Shown here: piece by piece, positions 1-12,038 of the stretch
How positions within the stretch are numbered: position 1 is the stretch's first letter
Layout of the letters: every line of letters begins with the position of its first letter
Assembly (NCBI GenBank): GCA_029953675.1
Contig: JAMWBK010000009.1
Span: 1,302,001-1,366,000, forward strand
Direction: 5' to 3'
Length of the DNA stretch: 64,000 bases
Source of the DNA: Rhodosorus marinus CCMP1338
Lineage: Eukaryota; Plantae; Rhodophyta
The notes under the pieces: generated by a model
Seen by the model: only the letters and a program-made list of their open reading frames with translations
What the model was told of the DNA's origin: nothing
The model's database searches: none
Program-made: the position numbers and the translations under genes

Positions 1-2026
1 GCATGTCCATACGCGAGAGGAGCGAGTCAACTCTGTCGTTGAGAGCCGATAGAGCAACCGTCTCATCAAGTATGCGCCTTTCCCCAGTTCCCTGTTTAAT
101 TCCCACATCCAAACTCCTCAAGCGCTCTTCGAGAGAGTAGATAGCCCTGTCCTGCTCAGCTATCTGTTCTCCACAAAGACCAAGATCGAGGATTTTCAGA
201 TACTTGACGGGGCGGAACAGAGGTAATACTCGGGACAGTTTTGCCAACGTACCTTTGCGCTCTTCACATTCGCATCAGCTACAGCAGCGATGTACTTCTT
301 CTCCATCTCTAATCTCTGATTTTCAATCTCTTCGATCTTGGCTTCCATTTCCCTCACTCTGGACATCAGGGCTTCCTTGTCGCCTGCCGACTCCTTGGTT
401 GTGGTAGAGTGCGGTATCGAGGCCCCCGGAGAAGTTTGGGGAACCTCAGGACGCGACGGTGGTGGTTTGGAAGCCAACGGCAACATCGAGCTCACTCTCA
501 TCGACTGTGAATCATTCCCAGACTTGGTGGTAAGCAAACCTGGCACTCTGAATTGCTCGCTTCCGACAATCAGACGTGGACCTTGACCCACATGAAAAGC
601 AGGCATTGGCTTCTGGATGTCCATCTTGACGGGCTGGAGCTCTGGAAATTCAAAAACTGTAACATGGATGCAGGTTGGAGCGGCTTAGCAAACAACACCG
701 GTCGAAAGTTCCTTTTTTTGGCACTGACAGAGAGCGAAAATGTACCATCCTCTGGTGGGGTAACCGTCGCGGACCCGCTAGCATCGTATGCTTCACTCAC
801 GCTAGATTCTAGCCACGTCTCACGGACCACACCGCTGTCATAGCCACTCACGGCCAGCGCACCATTCCTGGACGAGCATAGAGAGCAATGATCAACGTGC
901 AATCTGGTGGTGTGATTACAGACCTCCGGACTAGGACAGTTGGACAGCACACTATCACTCACTTTGTCATTGCAACTGCCAATATAGCATCATCTCCCTT
1001 CTCAACAATCTTCTCAGTAAACGAGTGACCAGCCAGTCTCCATGATCGCATAGTGCCATCCGACGAACCCGAAATAGCAAGGTCTCCGGATCCATTCACT
1101 GCAACGGACCAGACGCGAAGCTCATGGCCTTGCATGACTAAACGAGTTCAACCACATACAGGGTAAAAATTCGAGCGGGGTAGGTGAGTTGTTTGGTCCT
1201 GGAAGACATGTTTGATGTGCAACCCTACTGCTTTCTTGTTTCAGATTGTTCAAATCCCAGAGTCGAACAGTCTTATCTCCACTGCAGCTAACAATTTTTG
1301 GATAAGATGGGCCGTCAGACAAGTCCACGGCGTGAACCCATCCCGTATGTCCTAGCAGGTTGTGAACCTTTTTTGTTGTTCGTTTCCGTCAGCGAAGCAG
1401 GCGTTTCAGCGCTATTTGATAGCAAATCCTCAAGCGTGGAGGGAACCTTTTGCCGAACTCACCTCTCGTGTCTTGGACGCTCTAATGTCCCACAATTTAA
1501 TAGCCTTATCACGACCTCCGGAAACGACGAGGTTTCCGCTGCTGACCTCATCAGAACTGGTTGCGACGGCAACGCACTTAACCCACCCTTTGTGTCCTTC
1601 GAGTTTTACGATCTGTTTCTGTGTCTCAACATCCCACAACCGCACACATTCATCCTTCCCGCTGGAAGCAACCACTCTCCCTTCGTCGGTACTTGAAATC
1701 CCGGTAATATCAAGCGCATCGTGTGCTGCCTTCAGCTCCCATTTCTTCTCCGCTTTGACTCCTCCATGATCATCGGAATTCAGCAAAAGTCTTGTGCAAC
1801 ACACAGATCCATGCGCGTCTCCTTCAAACAGCAGGTCTCTTCTGCCCAAGTCCAACGCAGATACCAAGGAACCATGAACACTCACCGTATGAAGTGCTCC
1901 GACATCACCTCCGACTTGATGAACCGCCACAACCCCAGATGCGCTTCCAGAAACAAAAAGGTCTTCGCTCGGAGACAGGCTGATGCACGAAACAGCAGCC
2001 CCTTCATGGCCACCAGAATTCGCCAT
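1..2026 (-). CDS. WD40-repeat protein with low-complexity and coiled-coil C-terminal region; multi-exon; 3' end runs off the left edge
   Basis: ATG at 2026 (MANSGGHEGAAV). Repeated GH...WD units: GKDECVRLWDV, LEGHKGWVKCVAV, GGRDKAIKLWDI, GHTGWVHAVDL, SGDKTVRLWDL, GHELRVWSVAV. Coiled-coil exon ALMSRVREMEAKIEEIENQRLEMEKK. The minus frame is still open at base 1. Confidence 0.85.
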
Positions 2027-2919
2027 GTCTGCAGTTTTTCGGGCGTTCACATAGACACGGCGGAGCGGATTGCCAAGTTGCCGTCTGCTTCAAAAGACAT
2101 CACATCGACAGAAAATCTGAATGTTTTGGTCGTACTGGGTCAAATTTCCTAGACCCAAAGGCCTCCTTGCCGATCCGAAATACCGAGTGCTCCCAGATTC
2201 GACCCTTCATCTAAACTCCTACTATAAGGGTCCCACCCCTCCTCACGCTTAAAAGCTACTCCGCCTCGTCCCTAGCCTTCTTCCATGCTGTCTCAACGAG
2301 ATTAACAGTAGCCTGGCAGATAAACCTATTAGGCTGCGGTATCGTAGATTTGCTGCTTTCGAATCTGGAGCTGTCCCTCCTGTTCTGGAGTTGTCATGCT
2401 CCGCTTGACTTGACCTGAGCGTAGGTGCATGCGCAGCAACGTGTGCTCGAGGTTCTTGGGACGAGTGCTGTAACGATGTCTAGTAGCGAATTGCATTTGT
2501 TCTTGATTTATGGGAACTCTACTGGGCGGCCAGGCTGTTGAGGTTACGTTCGCCTCGAAGTGCTGGCAAATGAGATGCAGCAATCTAAAACTGTTCACCG
2601 TGACAGAATCACTGGTTGGGGCATAAAGGTCAAATTATCAGGTTGTTTCCACATTCCCAGGATCGGGTCACCGCTTGCTCCAGTTTGCACGTTTCTTGCA
2701 GTAGGTTTTTTGGGCTCACGAGGGGGCTGATGGACTATCACACGGATATTTACATCCCTCTCGTTTGCCGCGCGGCGTACGAATCTTCAACCCCACGAGA
2801 TACGAGTCAGGGCCTACGAAACCGGTTCAGTTTTTAACTCGGCCCATGGGTTATTGTAAAAAGTTGCACTAGCTGATCCATAGTTAGAAGAACTTGCCCG
2901 CCAACGGGCACAGAGTACA

Positions 2920-4593
2920 CTACGATATGGTTTCTCTCCTCACACACATTGTCCCATCATACTCCTTATCCTGGCAGCATTCGCCTGTTGTACAGTTGAC
3001 CTGGATGGTTGCATGAATAACTCCAAATTGGTCTTTGAGGACCTGTAAAACAAAGCACATAAGAAGCCAAGCTTTAGAAGGTGTACAGCTTTAATCAATG
3101 TATGCCTCTAAATTCACCTTTTGGGCGCCTTTCAGAACGGGGTGTTGATCCTTCAAGCACGTGTTCAGATGAACTGACATTGCGGGTTGACCAACGGTTA
3201 GCGACCACACATGCAAGTCTGCTACTCCAACAACTCCTTTAACCTATCGATTCCAAAGTTCGGCCTCGTCAGCATCATCGCGGAACAAGAACCTTCTTCC
3301 GGGGTCATGTTTGAGGCGTACCTTCATCAACGAATCGTAAATCTTGCCTAAGTTGAGACCATTAGGGGTACCTTCCATGAGAACGTTTATACTATCCTTT
3401 GCCACTCCCATCGTCGTACCGATCTACAGATTTTACGGGAAACAAGCCAAAACACAAGAACCGTATCAGTCTCTTTCCATATGCGAACAACTCGTTAGGG
3501 TCTTCTCCAACGGACACCGACATACCACAAGGAACGCGAATTGAATTGTACAAATTGGATCCATGAACTTCCAAGACGGATTTATCCAGATAAATGTGGC
3601 CGCAATCATTACTCCAACGTTCTGTATCAAATCACCCAGGACGTGGACGTACGCAGCTCGGACATTAACGTTGGTGAAGTTCTCCCCAAGAAGGATGCCG
3701 CGGAGTCCTCCCACATGGCCATCTGGCTCTCCTGACTCAACGTCTGAAGTGCAAAGAAAAAAGCCGTATCTAAGTATCCAGCAGGGGCTCTTTCCAAAAT
3801 TGCCTTGAATCGCACGAGGAAATAGGATGCAGTTTGCATCTTACCAGCAGATTCATGATGGCCTTCGTTGTCATGGCTTTCATGGTCATGGCTTTCATGG
3901 TCATGGCCGCCATGCCCGTGCAGAATCGACTCAGCACCCTGGATTGACGCCGTTTCGAGAAAGCAATGAGTGAGACAAGGTCGTCGTTCACGCGCTGGAG
4001 AGAAAAAGCACTGGTACTTACAAGCACAACTCCCAGCACAAAGTTGACCACCAATCCAATCAAACCGAGGAAGAACATGCTAGGTCCATTTACGTCCTAC
4101 GGTTGCAGAACAGAATGATAGTTCAGCGTGGGATACAGGTGTTGGGGGGTGGAATACGACAACTGCACCAGCGTCTATCGAGAAGATATTTAAACCGGCG
4201 TTGGCGCACCTCCGGATGGAACAGTCTTCGAACGGCAAAGTACAACAAGACGATTGCTAGCAGCCAAATAAAGAGCGTGCTCACGAGGGCTCCAATAACC
4301 TCAGATCTGGCGTACCCGTAGCTCATTCCGGAGTCTCCAGGGATTCTGCCTACTCTGACAGCGATTAAAGATATAGCAAACCCAGCCAGATCCGACAGCA
4401 GGTGGGCGGCGTCCGACATAACCGCCAATGACCCTGAAAGATAACCTCCCACAAGCTCTACAATCATAAATACAAAACATAGGACGGAGGCCTTCACAAG
4501 CTTCTTCTCCGAGTCGTCCTCCGGCTTTTCTCCAGTGTGCTGTGATAGCAGCCTGGTCATTTCATCCGAGTTCTCAACACCGCGGCTTCCCAT
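2920..4593 (-). CDS. MTP1: Cation diffusion facilitator, Zn-CDF (MTP1/ZnT2-like) zinc transporter; multi-exon
   Basis: [14 protein letters not shown] (TM2), [13 protein letters not shown], His-rich loop exon [34 protein letters not shown] (TM5), [14 protein letters not shown] and HATIQV. GT-AG introns join the exons in frame. Stop TAG at 2920-2922. Confidence 0.93.
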
Positions 4594-5703
4594 TCTGCGA
4601 AAATAAGAACAGTCACCGAAAAGTGTACAAACTATACAACCTTGAAACGGTAGAGCCTCCCAACAAAGCCAGCACCCAGTCACTGTTTACTCGATGATCA
4701 GACGGCACTTTCAAAACATAAACCCGAACATCTCAGGCAATCTACTTCAATCCCGAAGCCAGCCAATCGATGGCGATTATCCACAAATACCCACCAACAC
4801 GAAAACCTCACCAAAAATCAACAAAACCCCGCCTTCCCTCACGACCACAGACAACAAACTACCCAACAATCATCTACTCAAACCTCTCGTCCATTCCCAA
4901 AAGAACTTCCTCCCAAACCAAGATTGAACAACGAACCGCCGCGGCCCCCCCCCCCCTCCCCCCCCTCGACAGCAAGTCACCAGACACTCCCAACCCACCC
5001 CCGTCTCTTTCCCTCTCTCTCTAAAGAATTCAATACCTCCACAGAATACAGTACTCATGCCCCTCCAACTAACCCTCCACTTCCTCACCTAAACAACTGC
5101 ACTCCCCCCAACCCGTTTACCTTAATGCAACACGCCCGTCCATGGCCAAAGTGACTTCGTGCGGATCCCTGGCAGAGGGGGTTGGGATCCGTAGAGGAAA
5201 AGGGTTGCGTTTGTCGATGATACGATAGTGTAGAGATTACGGAAGTGAAGAGGAATTTTTATAAATATTCTGCACATAAAATAGGGTAGAGTTTTTAATT
5301 TATGCCATAAACGTACAAATTATGATTTTTAAGGAAGGGGAGGGGGGGGGGATAGGTGAGTTGGAGAAGAATCTTCTATTTGTTTTGTAGCCATTCGGGT
5401 AGGCTGCAAAAAAAATTCACGAGTCAAGAAACGAAACTTTTGTCATTCTCCTAGCCAGTTGCAAATAATTACAAATCAATCCGTTGAGTTGTCTAAAGTT
5501 TTTGTATTTTGATGTTTTGAATGCCGACCCACCAACAAACGTTGTTTGGAAGATTTTTTCAGGGCTCCGGATGGTTTCGATGTCTGATTGGTTATAGAGT
5601 TCGATTTCACGAAATAAGTTGCACAGCGACAACTGTTATGGTTGGGTTTCTATTGGGATACGATTCTTGCTTTTGAGGTCGCTGCTTACGAGCGCTCGGA
5701 CAT

Positions 5704-6930
5704 ATGCCGCGGCCGTCGGTTGTTGATCGACCGAGGTGACGGTCTCATAGGAAGAGTGAAGGAGAGCACAGAGTGCGGACGATGGAATATACCATTTCAG
5801 GAGTCTAATCTATTTTTTAGCTCCACCGTGTATATCTATTTATCTTACACGGATTGTTCGGATCTGCTACGAGGATGGGAATATAGATATAGCGCAGGCA
5901 ACAGATCAGCTTAGTCCGAATTTTGCCACAGAGAGCGGCGTTGCGACGCCAGTGCTGCTCAACATCTTCGGAGTTTCACGGAAATTCATCACCTGGCACC
6001 AGCCTCCTGATTATATACAACAGCTCCTTGGCCGGAGGCCACCTAAACTGGTTCCGTTCGAGTGACACGGAGTCATGGAGTCATGCGATAATCTGTGTTC
6101 CTCTGCAAACTCTCCTAGTTTGCTTTCTGAATTTGAGTCGAAGCGGCTGGGGCTTCGTTGATATCACGAATTTTAAAAATTCGTGAAGAGTGCTTAGCTT
6201 AGTTTCAACAAATAACATGATGTGCGTGAAGTCTTGAGCCACAGTGTGAATAATTCAGCCTTCCTTTTTTTGAGGTTATGCTCAATGTTTTCAGGAGTAG
6301 CCCAAATTGGCGCTCGGCTCGAGAACCGAGAAGTCAAAATTAGTCAAATGAAGCAGAGTAAGCACTGAGTGATTAATTTGTCTCTGTCCCCGTGGAGCAC
6401 TTCTGACACCATGCTAGAGCATTGCGAAGCCGACGCCTCATCGGTTACTAGCTCCCTACGTAGATTTGGAAAGTCCGTCGGACTCGACCAGCGTTGAAAC
6501 TAAACATTGCTCGGGTTCAATTTGTTGAACGCGTGAGACCGACAAGGTGAGCGTGTCTGAGAGGCAGTGTTTTTGGACAAGTTCGCTTCACACAAAAGAA
6601 TCCATTGACGGGATCATGGAGACTGCATTCCTGGACTTTGCCCACGCATCGAGGCCAAAGTTGTGATCGAACCTCAGCTTCAAAACGCATTCTATCCGTC
6701 AGAGGACGTGGTCCAGTGGCGCGAATTAGGGGCCGTAGCTCTTCGTTTTGCGTACTTGTCTGCAGGATGAAACAGTTCTAAGCAAGCAGAAAGCAGAGAA
6801 CTATGCCAAAGCCATCCGCTGCAGCAGATGAAATCTGTGCTGGGGATGATGCACCAGGTGCTAAAAGGGAGCCAGAGTTCGTTCACGAAACATGTCCGGT
6901 TGTTGCCTACTGACATATAGCCTGTTTCTT
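5704..6930 (+). CDS. Candidate uncharacterised multi-exon gene (structure and 3' end uncertain)
   Basis: ATG 5704 and a 65-nt GT-AG intron (5736-5800) join a long open frame (RSLIYFLAPP...GRRPPKLVPF). A 57-nt intron (6062-6118) would remove the TGA in frame. Further donor-like sites GTAAGC (6358) and GTGAGC (6547). No family recognised. Confidence 0.35.
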
Positions 6931-7143
6931 GCTTTCGTATAACGAGTTGTTGAGTTCCAGCGTTAATTGGTGAAACGATGTTGGTGGCAAGAGCACCAAG
7001 CTACCAGCCAGTGGGGAGGCTGGAGAAAGCTAAAATTTCAATTTTTATGTTTTACTTTGTTTTCGTCTTAGATAAGTAATACATAACGAGGGATTTGATT
7101 TGAACTACAAGGATTCATAAAACAGGGTGTTGATATCATCCTA

Positions 7144-8127
7144 TCAATATACATACTCTTGCACGTTCATCTCTCTGCCGAAAGCCTCAGATCCGTCGAT
7201 CTGCTCGTAGCTTCCAGAAAACGAGTGCATTGGGAGGACTACACTGTCCGGAAGAACCGCGGGAGAAGGAGCATTAACGACAATTGACTCCTTGCTCTCC
7301 ATCCTCTGGGGTGATTCACTTTCTTGCTGCGTTCTCGCAGGCGACAGCGACCCGTCGGGTACGTCCTCGATTCCGAACAGTTTTCCGTTGAAAACTTCCT
7401 CGATGTAGTTCCCATAATCGTCCCTCAACTTGAAAAACGTGAGCTCGGTTACGAGGCTGTCGCTTCCGGCCTGATGCATCTGACCATTCCTTTCAACCTT
7501 GTAGTGTGCAGCTAGTTTGTTCAGTCCACCCCGGAATCTTTCCTGCGCAATGTACTTCATGTCATATATATTAGGGAAGAACATTTTTACCACATCCAGA
7601 AAGCCTTCTCGGTCTTCTGGCATTGACTGGGACGTAACGGCCTTCAACAAGTAGGCGAAATCATAACAAGAGTGGAATGAAATCCACTTTACATTGTCAT
7701 TGAGGACGACCCCGGATGAAATGAGTTTCTCCCCGAAGTCTTCAACGTCAATTCCTTCCCTTTGGAACCTCTCAAAGTCAATTCCACTTCCAGTGAGCAG
7801 GTTAATTGAGTCTTGCGCGTACGTATCGCTATCGAGAAAAAACTTGAAGTTAAACTGCCAAGTGGATACGTCCGGGCACAAGTTTCCGGCTTCGTCGGCG
7901 AAGCTGAAGCCTATTTGAATAATCTTCAACATATCCACGTTCACCCTCAGCGTTTGATACCGCTGCTCAATTTGATTCTTGTAGTGGCCGACCGGCTCCG
8001 CCACGACACCGGGAAACTCAGTATCAATCGCGACATAAGGATAATCCTCCAAAACCTCCGCAATCTTAACAATTTCCTCTACCAAATTGTGACCCCATAC
8101 CTCAACAATTTTACCCTTGGGCGCCAT
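7144..8127 (-). CDS. CAF1: CCR4-NOT deadenylase subunit CAF1/POP2 (DEDD nuclease), single exon, 327 aa
   Basis: YPYVAIDTEFPGVV, LRVNVDMLKIIQIG, TWQFNFKF, DSINLLTGSGIDF, WISFHSCYDFAYL and HQAGSDSLVT are canonical CAF1 motifs. Confidence 0.97.
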   Translation of the reverse strand: MAPKGKIVEVWGHNLVEEIVKIAEVLEDYPYVAIDTEFPGVVAEPVGHYKNQIEQRYQTLRVNVDMLKIIQIGFSFADEAGNLCPDVSTWQFNFKFFLDSDTYAQDSINLLTGSGIDFERFQREGIDVEDFGEKLISSGVVLNDNVKWISFHSCYDFAYLLKAVTSQSMPEDREGFLDVVKMFFPNIYDMKYIAQERFRGGLNKLAAHYKVERNGQMHQAGSDSLVTELTFFKLRDDYGNYIEEVFNGKLFGIEDVPDGSLSPARTQQESESPQRMESKESIVVNAPSPAVLPDSVVLPMHSFSGSYEQIDGSEAFGREMNVQEYVY

Positions 8128-8815
8128 AAACAGTTAGACTCTTTCCTTCATTCAACTCGCGACTCGACAAGAAAAAAAAAAGAAGCCTTCTTCTACACCT
8201 TAGAAACGAACACACACCCCTAACCATTCACCCACTCCCTCAAACAAACCAATACCAAAAAAAAACCAAACTTCACCCGCACATCTCGAACAAATTTTGG
8301 TCCCGGTTCTCATACCTTCGTGCTCCCTGCACCCTCCCCAACCCCAAAATGCGAATCTTCTCCACTAAACCCTCAGCATACATCTCCACAGCAAGCGCCC
8401 ATATTACTAGAAGAAGGCGAACTATCATCCCCCACCCCACCCCCCTCCTTTCTTCCAACCTATGTAATCTAACCATCCAACAAGTTTTGTCAGAATACCC
8501 CTAACAAATTTATATACTCTAATATTGTTTTTAAAATAAGATATTTCATATTTAACGAGAAGTCAAACCCCTGAACAAAATTACCTAGTACGTGACATAC
8601 ATATATATATTCCTGCCCCTGAAAATAATTGGCAGGTCAATCTGCGTTAGGCATTGACCCCTAGTACAGTTCGTTAGTGAGAGGCCACGCCCTGAAAGAA
8701 AAAGTCTTAGGTATTATAGTATTATCTGTACGAAAATATTATTTTTGAAATTTTGCTTTCATTATATCGTAAAAATGACTTGCTTTTGCAGGTATACAAT
8801 CCTGGGCGGGGTGTG

Positions 8816-8856
8816 CTCCAAAGAGTCAAGTGTTGGCTGCACTTGACTCTTTGGAG
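8816..8856. repeat. Perfect 17-bp inverted repeat with 7-nt loop, followed by a T-rich tract
   Basis: CTCCAAAGAGTCAAGTG (8816-8832) is the exact reverse complement of CACTTGACTCTTTGGAG (8840-8856); loop TTGGCTG. Confidence 0.95.
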
Positions 8857-10598
8857 TCCTTTTTTTTGGTTTTGTTTGAAAAAAACACAACAACAGCACG
8901 CCTAAAAACCACCCCCTGCTTGGTGCATAGTATTTTCTTTGTAATGTTGACGAGTACACGTTTTTATTCTGGTATTCGAAAACATTAGCCCAAGAATTTG
9001 ATCAAAATCTGAACCCCTTACCCTCCTCATATATTTCGAATGGTCACATTACAGCAGAGAAGGCATGTCATTGAACGTACCGTTAGAAGGTTATGAGGGG
9101 GTAAGATCAAGATAAAGATATCGACTGGAACAGTTATTTTATATCCATAAATAAGCATATACAAACGTTTGCAGTAACAAAACTACCCGTCATCAAAAGT
9201 CAACACGTTTTTTTCTCCGATGGATACACTTATAGTACTTCCTAGTAATTTGAGAGTTTTCATAGGAAAAACATGACCAACAAATTGTCCGCATCAAGCC
9301 CGTGATAGTTCGCCCGCACTGGGGGGGTCAATTTTGGGAACATTCGGAAATTACTCAAAACTATCACCCCTGGATATTCCACCCAAGAGAAAGAAAAGAT
9401 TGTATTTTATTACGTTAAACGATTTATAGGCCGAAGATATTCTTCAAAATCCCCCCCAAACCAAAAACGGAAACTCAAAAAAATTTGCACAGGTAGCGCT
9501 CACCCTCCCCTCCTCTTGCCGAAAATCCCTTTGACTACTATCGGTTTACAAATACGAGTTCATATTTAGTAAATATTTTATGGGAGCTAAGCCCCTTCGA
9601 GGACTAGGTATATTTTTTATTTTAGAATATTTTATAGCACCTTTTTGGACTTTTTTGGCCTTTTTGGGGGGATAATGTGTAGGGCAACGTGGATTGTTGG
9701 TGGATCGCACATGGATCGCTGTGCTAGTGTGGGGACGGCTTCTCCAACTGGTGCATGCCCGAAGCGATTTGAGGGTAAAGCTGGTGGCTGTGTTCACACA
9801 TCTGATCATGTGAGAGTCCCCCGGCATAAAACCGTTCTTCAGTTCTCATCAGCATCTCCTAGAGACTCCGCGGCGATGACCGCGGATCAACTTTGGCAAT
9901 GGCAGACGTCGAGCTGTGTTGCTTGCCCACGGACGTCAGCCATTGAAAACGCAAGCACTGCAAAAGTAACCCTATAGCCTTTATGCGAGATCCCGTTGAT
10001 CCACAGCGTTTTCGCATAGCATTCTCAGATCGTTTCTGCTGACACATTTTTCCCCTCGTCGGCGCTCGGAAGAGGATTCAAGCATGTCCGTCCTCAAAAC
10101 GCCCCTTGCGATGTCATTCTAGATTAACGGGATATGATCACCATGCAGATTAGTAGCCCACGCGCAGAGGCGAAATCGATGCGCAGCACCATGTTTGCCG
10201 GGATGCCCAACTCAGTGCTCGGCACGTTTTGAGTCGCACACCTCAGGCTATCGATTGCTTCTACGGGATAGTTGCAGTTTGAGCGGTTTTTTTTGTCCCT
10301 AGCCAGATCTGTGGTACGCACAACCGCCTGGTGAACGATCCCCAGCCCTTGAGTTCTCCTGAGACGCAAGAGTGGTCCTTAAGCCGCACAGAGGCCATCG
10401 ACAAACCTCGATCAGCACATGTTGGATGTGGGTTTGTTTCGACCCGGCTCGCTATGAGCTGGGCAACGACGCCACACTTATGATACTCTCGAGGCACACA
10501 TTCGGGCGACAGCATTGTAGAAAGCTTTTTTGTAGTGCGGTTCATGGCTATACTAGACAACCCCGCCGTTTTGGGTCAGAGGAAAATATACAGTTTTG

Positions 10599-11759
10599 CT
10601 ATAGTGCGAAGTACTCAGGCTCCGAGGGATTCGAGGAGTTCGGTGCAAGCGCCTCTGCAAGAGCCCATTCAAGGGCTGGGGAGGCTGAACACGCCACTCG
10701 CCGGCACATTACACTGAAAGGTTTTCCAGAGGGATCGAATACACACCCACCGGCTTCGGTCACAAGTGCTGCCCCGGCTACACAGTCCCAGGGACCTCCG
10801 AATCCAACCTCGTACATTGCATCCGCCCTTCCGCAAGCTACACTAGCCATACCGATGGCGCAGGAACCAATGCCCCTGGGAGAATTAGCATTCATAGCGA
10901 TCTACGTTAGCGGCGAAAACGCCAGCTCGTTCATCATGCCGTGCGGGATTCCACACGCGATCCCTTTGAATCTGCTGAATGTCGCAAACCTCATTGAACG
11001 GCAGCGCTCAGCGACGCTTCGATACCGACCCATCCAAGTGTCGAGCGTCGACGGGGATCTATCGGGCCCGAGTTCAGTGATCACCAATGATCGCATCATC
11101 TGAGTTTCACCAGACGTGCTTATTCTCGAGCCATTCCTCAGAGCTCCCAAGCCTTTCGCAGCCGTAAACGTTTCTTCAAGTATCGGAGAATGAACTACGC
11201 CTATAAGAGAGAAACAAGCAGCGCGGATTTCCGTTACTATTGCCACCGGCTGCCGATATCAGAACCAGTCAGCTGGAAACAGGCTTACCGAGGACGGGTT
11301 GTTTCTTCAACGTGAGGCCAATAGAAACACATACGAACGGAAATCCATGGACAAAGTTTGTCGTCCCGTCCAGAGGATCACAGAACCACGTAGGCTCGTC
11401 GGTTAGGTCCGGGAGCACTCCTGCTTTGGCTGTCTCCTCTTCTCCGATAAATTTGTGCGTTGGGTACTTCTCCTTCAGTGCATCTAATATGATCACCTCA
11501 CACTTTTCGTCTGTATCTGTCACAAAGTCCCGCTGGCTCTTGTTCGTCACCAGCTTCTTAGCCCTGATTGCGTCGGCAATAATCTGCGGTTTTGTCGGTG
11601 CGGTAAGTGAGATCCTCGGGAAGAGGACGGTAGAGGAAGATGCGGGGCTTGCTCACCTGCCCCGCCGAAGAGGCCAAGTCGGAGACGAATGCGAGCATCT
11701 CGCTCAACTCGCCTGCGAATCGAGCAAGTTATGTGGTTAGAAACCTGACCAGACAACAT
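10599..11759 (-). CDS. IMPA1: Inositol monophosphatase (IMPA/VTC4-like); multi-exon
   Basis: [63 protein letters not shown] and PWDCVAG. The model uses a 37-nt first intron (11749-11713) giving [12 protein letters not shown]; a start at the later Met is also possible. Confidence 0.93.
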
Positions 11760-12038
11760 CCATTGTGGAATGTTTTTTCAACAAATCCGCACCGCTGTCG
11801 AAGTCTTTCACATCCATCTACACGTCACGACCCGATAGGCTTAAGAGATTCGATTCTCAGCTAAACAGAAAAAAAATCTCACTCTGAAGCTGTTCAGCTC
11901 GCACAGCACTCCTGGACAACCTAGATGCATTCCCCTCCAGCGTTTTTCTTTTTGGATGGGGGGGTTGTGATGGCCGCAAACATGCGCAAAAGTCTTCTGT
12001 AGACAAAGGTCATCCACGGTTCGCTAGAGGCTTTCTGT

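Noticed and set aside
9540-10560. Short ORFs between CAF1 and the inositol monophosphatase
   Set aside because: No motifs, no consistent strand and no supported exon chain.
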